From: Terrimicrobiaceae bacterium
GTDB lineage: Bacteria; Verrucomicrobiota; Verrucomicrobiia; Chthoniobacterales; Terrimicrobiaceae
Reading direction: 5' to 3'
Length of the DNA stretch: 32,000 bases
Assembly (NCBI GenBank): GCA_041744075.1
Contig: JBGTLQ010000373.1
Coordinates: forward strand, 1-32,000
The position numbers were made by a program, and so were the translations under genes. Below the pieces are notes generated by a model, which had not been told where the DNA came from, made no database searches, and was given only the letters and a program-made list of their open reading frames with translations. Below, piece after piece: positions 8,293 through 14,590 of the stretch; the stretch's first letter is position 1; each line of letters opens with the position of its first letter.

Positions 8293-10464
8293 ATGGCCAA
8301 TGATTTTCTTGAGAATGAGGTTTTATTCGGAGCGGATCCTTTTGAGGGCATCCTCTGTGTCGAAAAAGCCGGGGATGGAGAGGTGGCGGTTTATTTTCGT
8401 CAGGATGGTGAGACCGTGGTTGAGAGGCATGATTTGGCACCTGTTCTCTGGATTTCAGGCGGAGGGCCTGGCAGCACCGCCCTGAACGGAGATCTGGAGC
8501 TAGACCATCTGGTCCGAACCAAAGGATGGAGCGAATTCTTGAATATTCAGAAAGCGCTTAAGGCCTCCCGACGAGACTATTTCACCTGGAATGATCCTGC
8601 CACCCAATACCTGGTGACCACGGGACGCACGCTTTTTAAGGGGTTGGAATTTGCGGACCTTCGGCGCCTCCAAATTGATATTGAGACCAATACCACCGAG
8701 GGGTTTGATTTTCCCAATCCATCTCGGGATCCCATCGCGGCTGTGGCACTGAGCGATTCCTCGGGCTGGGAGGATTTACTTTTGGTTGCCGCCAATGATC
8801 CCGCATCAGAAAAAGCGATTCTTGAGGAAGTTGGACGTTTGATCATTGAGCGCGACCCCGATGTCATTGAGGGGCACAACATTTTTAAGTTCGATCTCCC
8901 TTACCTCGCCGCCCGTGCGAAGATTCATAAACTGAAGCTCGGCTGGGGCCGGGGTGGTGTGCCTCTCTCATCCCGTGCCTCCCGCGTCCAGATCGCAGAG
9001 CGCACCATCCAATACGATCGATTCACGGCCTATGGACGACATATTGTGGACACGTTTATTCTTGCTCAGCACTATGACGTGGCTACGCGGGAACTGGATG
9101 GGTTTGGGCTCAAAGGTGTGGCCGCTCACCTTGGGGTGGCCGAGCCTAATCGTGTGATTCTTGATGGCGACGCTATTGCCAAAGCTTATCGAGCGGGGGA
9201 TCAGGATTTTCGAACGTATGCCTTGCAGGATGTCAGGGAAACGCGGTCGGTGGCGGCGGCGTTGAGTCAGAGTTATTTTATCCAAGCGGGAATTTTTCCG
9301 CTGAATTATCAGGACGTGATCCTTCGCGGAAATGCGACAAAAATTGACTCGCTCTTCCTAAGGCAATACCTGTGGCAGGGGCACTCGATCCCCCTTCCAC
9401 CTTCTGTCGAAAGCTTTGAAGGGGGACTGACCGATATTTTTGAGACCGGGGTGATGACTGACGTCTGGCACTGTGATGCCTCGTCCCTCTATCCATCCAT
9501 CCTGCTCGCGTATGGAATCACCCCATCACGGGATGTCCTCGGCATTTTTTCCGGACTCCTCGCGGATCTGCGGGCCTTTCGCCTTCGCACCAAGGCTCAA
9601 GTCCGTGAGGCGGTTGATGCCTCCACCAAATCCCGGCTCGATGCCCTCCAAAACACATTCAAAATCCTCATCAATTCTTTCTACGGTTACCTTGGGTTTG
9701 CGCAGGGACACTTTGCCGATTTTGATGCCGCCCGCGATGTGGCGGCACGCGGGCGTCAGGTGCTGGGTGAAATGGTTGATTGGCTTCGTGAGGCTGGAGC
9801 CAAAGTCATCGAAATCGACACCGATGGCGTTTATTTTCAGCCTCCTCCCGGAACCACACCTGAATTGCTCGATCAAGGAATGGCCAAGGTTTTGCCCGAG
9901 GGGATCGATGTCGAGTTCGGACGAAAGTTTCAAGCGATGTTCAGTTACAAGGCCAAAAACTATGCGTTGCTCGAGGAAGATGGTCGTTTGGTCATCAAAG
10001 GGGCTGCTTTGAAATCTCGTGGCATGGAACCGTTTCTTCGGGATTACCTCCGCGAGATGCTTCGGGCGCTTCTGGAAGGACGGCCAGATGGTGCTGCGGC
10101 CCTTGAAGAAACATTTCGTAAACGCCTCGAATCGCGACAAATCCCAATCTCCCAATTGGCCCGCACGGAAACGCTTCAGGATTCCCCAGCCGCTTATCTC
10201 AAAAAAATCTCTGCGTCCTCCAGAAATCGTTCCGCCGCCTTCGAGATCGCGCTCAAAAGTGGTCGCGATTATTCCGCCGGAGACCAAATCCGGTATTACA
10301 TCACCGGTGATCGAAAAAAGGTCACAGCCTACGAGGCCGCCAAACCCCTCCACGAACATGATCCCTCACAGCCGGATGAGAATCTTGCGTATTATTCTGC
10401 GAAACTCGCCGAACTCGCGGCGAAGTTTGCGGCGTTTTTTCCCAATAAGGATGAACTATTTTGA
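8293..10464 (+). CDS. polB: Family-B DNA polymerase (Pol II-like) with an intact 3'-5' exonuclease domain.
   Basis: Exo I: LQIDIET. Exo II: GHNIFKFDLPYL. Exo III: YALQDV. Pol motif A: DASSLYPSILL. Motif B: KILINSFYGYLG. Motif C: IEIDTDGVYF. The ORF is 723 aa with an ATG start. Confidence 0.92.
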   Translation: MANDFLENEVLFGADPFEGILCVEKAGDGEVAVYFRQDGETVVERHDLAPVLWISGGGPGSTALNGDLELDHLVRTKGWSEFLNIQKALKASRRDYFTWNDPATQYLVTTGRTLFKGLEFADLRRLQIDIETNTTEGFDFPNPSRDPIAAVALSDSSGWEDLLLVAANDPASEKAILEEVGRLIIERDPDVIEGHNIFKFDLPYLAARAKIHKLKLGWGRGGVPLSSRASRVQIAERTIQYDRFTAYGRHIVDTFILAQHYDVATRELDGFGLKGVAAHLGVAEPNRVILDGDAIAKAYRAGDQDFRTYALQDVRETRSVAAALSQSYFIQAGIFPLNYQDVILRGNATKIDSLFLRQYLWQGHSIPLPPSVESFEGGLTDIFETGVMTDVWHCDASSLYPSILLAYGITPSRDVLGIFSGLLADLRAFRLRTKAQVREAVDASTKSRLDALQNTFKILINSFYGYLGFAQGHFADFDAARDVAARGRQVLGEMVDWLREAGAKVIEIDTDGVYFQPPPGTTPELLDQGMAKVLPEGIDVEFGRKFQAMFSYKAKNYALLEEDGRLVIKGAALKSRGMEPFLRDYLREMLRALLEGRPDGAAALEETFRKRLESRQIPISQLARTETLQDSPAAYLKKISASSRNRSAAFEIALKSGRDYSAGDQIRYYITGDRKKVTAYEAAKPLHEHDPSQPDENLAYYSAKLAELAAKFAAFFPNKDELF

Positions 10465-10585
10465 GGGATGCTTCGAGACCATGATTGCATGTCGGCTGGT
10501 TATGGGACATACAAGCCGCATGAGGGACCTGATCAAGGAAAAATTATAGAACATGGGAGAGCGCCGGCGTTATGACAAACACCGA

Positions 10586-10732
10586 TGCCCCAAAGGGGCA
10601 GAATACAACAGCCCAGGGCAACACCCTGGGAATGAGTTGTTTATGAAACGAAGCCCTAAAAAGGGCGGCATCAAAGCAGACTCCAAAGCCCACCTTATCT
10701 TAACGCCATTCGTGACTGCCCCCTTTGGGTGC
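10586..10732. other. Intergenic multi-hairpin element (REP-like repeat or a structured RNA candidate).
   Basis: Four short GC hairpins lie within ~150 nt: TGCCCC-AAA-GGGGCA (10586-10600), CCCAGGG-CAACA-CCCTGGG (10612-10630), GCCC-TAAAAA-GGGC (10653-10666), and an imperfect GCCCCC-TTT-GGGTGC (10718-10732). The 72-aa ORF across it (10553..10771) has implausible composition. Confidence 0.4.
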
Positions 10733-10846
10733 TGCGGAGCTTTTCAAAAGCAGACTGGTTCACCGCATTGATTTTATAGGCCCGAGCCCGTTGGCTGTTC
10801 GAGATTTCTGGCCAAGGCGATGTTGCTGTTCTAAGAATGTCCCTCG

Positions 10847-12238
10847 ATGCTGAGGTTCTCCGCTCTTTTCACGGTGCGCTGCACATGGGCTGTTCTGTCC
10901 GGCCTGGCGTTCGCGATGGCTTTTCCTCCGGTGGGGTGGCGATGGCTTGTACTTCCGGCATTGGTAGGGCTGCTTATGGCGATCCACTGCCAGCACGGCA
11001 CGCGGGCACGTCTCCTCGGGTTTCTTTTCGGCTATACGGCATTTGCAGTGGGGCTTTCGTGGATTTGGAATATTTTCGGGCAGACATCGATCGTGCTTTG
11101 GGCGGTGATGGCTCTCTTTCCAGCGGCCTTTGCCCATTTCCAGGGACGCGCGATGCTGCATGGGTGGAGCGGGTGGAAGCTGGCCGGCTACACTGCGATC
11201 AATTGGGGGGCCTGGGAGCTGATCCGGGCGGAGGTTTTTCCACTTAAGTTCCCATGGATGACAGTGGGTCTTGCTGTTGGGCCGAACGGTCTGTTGTCGT
11301 GGGTTGGGGTCTATGTCACGGGCTGCATCGTGGTTTTCGCGGCTGCCGCGATTGCTGGCCGTATGTGGAAGCATGCCGGAGTCGCGATCGCGGTGCTTGC
11401 GGCGGCCTTGATTTTTTCCCGGCCGCACACGGCCCTTTCGCCTGAGGATGAGAGCGTGGTGCGGGTCGCCGGCGTGCAGTTGGAGAATGTGACCATCGAT
11501 ATTCTAATCAGGGAAACCCGGGGCCTGGCTGAGGGCGTAGAGCATGTGGTCTGGCCTGAGTATGCGGTGCCGTACGACATCCGGCGGAACGTGCGCGACT
11601 GGAATCTCTTGCTAGATCTTTGCCGGGAAAGGGATATCACGCTGACCTTTGGCACCCAAGTGCGGCCCGATGGTGGGGACGAATGGTTCAATATCGCGCT
11701 GACGATGGATGCCGAAGGACCCTTGGGTGAGCACACGAAGGTCCGCACGGTGCATTTGTTCGACGACGGGACGCCGGGCACTACTGCAGGCACGGTGACG
11801 ACGCCACATGGTGAGATTGGCACCCCGATCTGTTTTGATGGCGATTTCGAAGGTGTGATCCGGCGGATGACATCAGCGGGGGCGGAATTTATCGTTATCC
11901 CGACCATGGATGCGGAGTCTTGGTCAGCCCGCCAGCACGAACAGCATGCGGGGCTGGCGAGGATCCGTGCAGCAGAAAATGGAAGGTGGGTTTTCGTGAC
12001 CGCTTCTTCGGGCATCTCGCAGATCGTCGATCCAGCCGGACACCTTCATGAACACCTAGCGGCGATGAAGCGCGGTGTGATTGAGGGTTTCGTCAAGCGC
12101 GAGACAGTGCTGACATTTTATACCCAATTCGGTTGGGTGCTGCCATGGGGCCTGCTCGTCCTGACCGCCGTTTTGTGGATTTTGCTGGCGGGGCCTCCGC
12201 GGACTCGTAAACAGCCAAAAGGGTCCCATAAGTTATAA
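10847..12238 (+). CDS. lnt: Apolipoprotein N-acyltransferase.
   Basis: The N-terminus has multiple TM helices, followed by a CN-hydrolase domain with E-K-C triad candidates: VVWPEYAVPY, EHTKVRTVHLFD, GTPICFDGDF. There is also RIRAAENGRWVFVTASSGISQIVDP and a C-terminal TM helix. ATG is at 10847. Confidence 0.9.
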   Translation: MLRFSALFTVRCTWAVLSGLAFAMAFPPVGWRWLVLPALVGLLMAIHCQHGTRARLLGFLFGYTAFAVGLSWIWNIFGQTSIVLWAVMALFPAAFAHFQGRAMLHGWSGWKLAGYTAINWGAWELIRAEVFPLKFPWMTVGLAVGPNGLLSWVGVYVTGCIVVFAAAAIAGRMWKHAGVAIAVLAAALIFSRPHTALSPEDESVVRVAGVQLENVTIDILIRETRGLAEGVEHVVWPEYAVPYDIRRNVRDWNLLLDLCRERDITLTFGTQVRPDGGDEWFNIALTMDAEGPLGEHTKVRTVHLFDDGTPGTTAGTVTTPHGEIGTPICFDGDFEGVIRRMTSAGAEFIVIPTMDAESWSARQHEQHAGLARIRAAENGRWVFVTASSGISQIVDPAGHLHEHLAAMKRGVIEGFVKRETVLTFYTQFGWVLPWGLLVLTAVLWILLAGPPRTRKQPKGSHKL

Positions 12239-12244
12239 TCAACG

Positions 12245-12304
12245 GAACAGCCGAAGGGGTCGCGAACAGCCGAAGGCTATCGGGGTCAGGGCTATCGGGG
12301 TCAG
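12245..12304. repeat. Two short direct-repeat pairs immediately after the lnt stop.
   Basis: GAACAGCCGAAGG occurs at 12245-12257 and 12264-12276. GGCTATCGGGGTCAG is tandem at 12275-12289 and 12290-12304. Confidence 0.7.
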
Positions 12305-12790
12305 TGTTCAAAAATCAAATAGGTGGAGAAACGAGTCTGTGGAAATTGAGCTGTGCGTTGATAAAGAAGGGCTTCATTTCTTCATCGTTTGATACGACCG
12401 CTACAAGCGACGGATTAAATCTGCGCGAGCAGCTTTTTTGCGCCGGGAGGCATTCTCGACTATGAATGGCCCGCAGCAATGACCCTGCGCAATACCTCGA
12501 CCGGAGGGGTTGAAATAACCTGAAACATTCCACGATGAACGGCCGTTTCCAGCGACTTCACCGCCGGACCAAATTTACAGGTGGAAAATGCGACCGTAGA
12601 ATCGGGAGAAGCCAATAAGGTCAGGCCTCGAATTTAGATTGCGCCGTTTTTATCAAATTGTTGAATTTAACCACTCTCCCAACGCCACCAGATCTGAGGC
12701 CGGAGGACTGCTCGTAGAGATTGAAAATACAGGCACAGCCCCATCGACTGTTCCCGAAGGGACAAAGATTTGGTGCATCGGCTCGTCGAG

Positions 12791-13051
12791 TTATTTGGCT
12801 TTGAGGATCCGGTCATACTCCGCATGGGTTCCAATCCAGAACCAATAATATGTGCCATCCTTCAAAAGCGCCAGACTTCGATAGTCGTCAGTTACACGCA
12901 CGGACCAAAATGGACCGACCTTCTTGAATTGTAAGGAAGGGTGCCGCGTATCGGCCAACCAGAGCTGATAGCGTTTGCGGGAAACTAGCTGAATCGGTGC
13001 CGGAAGATCGGCGTAGGCCTTCCAGAATCTACTGGTGGCTGATGACTTCAT
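12791..13051 (-). CDS. Type II toxin, RelE/ParE superfamily.
   Basis: MKSSATSRFWKAYADLPAPIQLVSRKRYQLWLADTRHPSLQFKKVGPFWSVRVTDDYRSLALLKDGTYYWFWIGTHAEYDRIL. This matches the RelE/ParE-like pattern (hPSLxfKKl ... wSvRvxxxyRal ... WxWIGtHxeYdxxl). The gene is small and overlaps an upstream small acidic ORF. The track start at 13054 is TTG; the ATG is at 13051. Confidence 0.75.
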   Translation of the reverse strand: MKSSATSRFWKAYADLPAPIQLVSRKRYQLWLADTRHPSLQFKKVGPFWSVRVTDDYRSLALLKDGTYYWFWIGTHAEYDRILKAK

Positions 13052-13250
13052 CAAGCGGCTTCACTCGGCCAGCAGCTATATCTGACTCCACATCTGAGAG
13101 AAGTCCATCCAAACGTCCAGACTTGTAATCGTCCTCGATCTGGCTATCCCAGTCCTCCCACAGGCGGCCCTGTAGACGTTGGAGCAGCCCCCACCGCTCA
13201 TCAGTGGGAAGCTCCTCAATTGCGGATTCAATTTCTTGAACAGAGCTCAT
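13029..13250 (-). CDS. Putative cognate antitoxin (addiction-module component).
   Basis: MSSVQEIESAIEELPTDERWGLLQRLQGRLWEDWDSQIEDDYKSGRLDGLLSDVESDIAAGRVKPLDE. It is a small acidic helical protein directly upstream of the toxin, with a 23-nt overlap. The L-P-x-x-ER-x-x-L opening resembles addiction-module antitoxins. The start is taken as ATG 13250; the track start is 13265. Confidence 0.6.
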   Translation of the reverse strand: MSSVQEIESAIEELPTDERWGLLQRLQGRLWEDWDSQIEDDYKSGRLDGLLSDVESDIAAGRVKPLDEVISHQ

Positions 13251-13492
13251 TAAATGAAAATACAAAATACCGCAGCAAACTCAAGGGCTTTTCTGAACAG
13301 CCAAAGGCGTCCACTCGAGAGGCGGTCGAGAAGATACAGCAACTTCATGAGCTTCATGATATTCATCTGCCCGCCGCCATGCTCCAGAAAACAACATGCG
13401 GTCTCTGTCGCTTTGCCGAGGTTGAATCGAGCCTCTGCTCTGTGGCCCCAGTGGCTCAGTGAGAGAACAGTCCTCGAAAAGAGTGCAGTCAC
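13250..13492 (-). pseudogene. 5' stump of a Panacea-domain (DUF4065, SocA-like) gene.
   Basis: RFNLGKATETACCFLEHGGGQMNIMKLMKLLYLLDRLSSGR matches the opening of Panacea-domain proteins (K-A-x-E ... yfL ... gg ... KLxKLLYLxDr ... G-r). The similarity ends after about 13310. The frame terminates exactly where the antitoxin gene starts. It has a GTG start only. Confidence 0.4.
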
Positions 13493-13565
13493 CTAAAAAA
13501 ATTGCGCACCAGGACGGTCAAGTCAGGATTTGACTTGAAGCGCTGGCCGTATAACTTTTTTCACC

Positions 13566-14570
13566 ATGCAATCCACGCGACGCGTTTTTCTTCGATCTGT
13601 GGCGGGAGCCGTTGGTGCGGCCCCATTTCTTGGAATGGAGGCTGTCAGGGCCGCCGAGCTTTCGGTGACACAACGAAAATTTGGACGACATGATGAGATG
13701 GTTAGCGTGGTCGGACTCGGAGGGCAAACGCTTGGCCAAGCTGAAAGCATCGATGAGGCGCGCCGAATTGCCCGTCATGCCATCGATGTGGGCATTACCT
13801 TTTTTGACAACGCTTGGGATTATCATGGCGGCAAAGCTGAGGAGTGGATGGGGTATGCCATCGCCGATGGGTGGAGAGACAAGGTTTTCCTCATGACAAA
13901 GGTTTGCACGCACGGGAAACCTGTTCCCGATGGCGGCAAGGAAGGGGCCATGCGCATGCTCGAACAATCTCTCAAACGGCTTGGCACCGATCACCTCGAT
14001 CTCTGGATGATCCATCAAATTGAAAATGAAGCTGAAGTGGATAAGGCCTATGGGCCGGGCGGCGTCATCGAGGCTCTTGAACTCGCCAAGAAACAAGGAA
14101 AAATACGCTACACGGGGTTCACTGGTCACACCGATCCCGAGGCTCATCTGAAGATTTTGCGTGGGGGCTACGAATTTGACGCGACCCTGATGCCTGTTTC
14201 AGCACTCGGTGCCCTCAGTTCGCGGAAATTTGAAGAAATTGTCATGCCCGAACTCGTCAAACGCAATGTGGCGGTTCTTGGAATGAAAGGTTTTGGTGGC
14301 AGTCGGCGGGCTCATCTCCATGGGCTTGTGAATCCAGAGACCGTCCTTCGTTACAGCCTTAGTTATCCCCAAGTCTGCACTCATCTTATCGGGATGGACA
14401 AATATGATTTTATCGATCAAGCCGCCATTGCCTCTTCCAAAACACCAATGACGGTGCCCGAGCGCGAGGCCTTCAAAGTGGCCATCTCCGAACGTGGCGG
14501 TGCCGAGTATGCCGTTTACCTTCAAGAAGGATACCGTGACGGGTGTTGCGGCGGAGCCTCCGTTGCCTGA
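13566..14570 (+). CDS. Aldo/keto reductase with a twin-arginine (Tat) signal peptide.
   Basis: N-terminus: MQSTRRVFLRSVAGAVGAAPFLGMEAVRAAE, which contains the RR motif. AKR motifs: GITFFDNAWDYHGGKAEEWMG, LDLWMIHQI, GKIRYTGFTGH. Confidence 0.9.
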   Translation: MQSTRRVFLRSVAGAVGAAPFLGMEAVRAAELSVTQRKFGRHDEMVSVVGLGGQTLGQAESIDEARRIARHAIDVGITFFDNAWDYHGGKAEEWMGYAIADGWRDKVFLMTKVCTHGKPVPDGGKEGAMRMLEQSLKRLGTDHLDLWMIHQIENEAEVDKAYGPGGVIEALELAKKQGKIRYTGFTGHTDPEAHLKILRGGYEFDATLMPVSALGALSSRKFEEIVMPELVKRNVAVLGMKGFGGSRRAHLHGLVNPETVLRYSLSYPQVCTHLIGMDKYDFIDQAAIASSKTPMTVPEREAFKVAISERGGAEYAVYLQEGYRDGCCGGASVA

Positions 14571-14590
14571 GTTTGTCCTCGCATAACAAC

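Noticed and set aside
9526-10359. A 277-aa minus-strand ORF.
   Set aside because: It lies entirely antisense to polB, which has strong motifs. Its composition is Gly/Arg/Phe-skewed, as expected of a GC-rich antisense frame, and it has no recognisable motif.
8293-10464. PolB considered as part of a pipolin, casposon or phage-like mobile element.
   Set aside because: There is no integrase, Cas1, terminal inverted repeat, tRNA target or phage gene nearby. The flanks are an AraC regulator and lnt.
10553-10771. A 72-aa ORF (MGERRRYDKHRCPKGAEYNSPGQHPGNE...) in the polB-lnt gap.
   Set aside because: It is read straight through a series of short GC hairpins and has implausible low-complexity composition. 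It is better explained as a structured or repeat DNA element.
10760-12015. Minus-strand ORFs of 222 aa and 234 aa.
   Set aside because: Both are antisense to lnt, are Arg/Pro/Ser-rich, and have no motifs.
13518-14147. A 209-aa minus-strand ORF.
   Set aside because: It is antisense to the aldo/keto reductase gene, which has clear Tat and AKR motifs.
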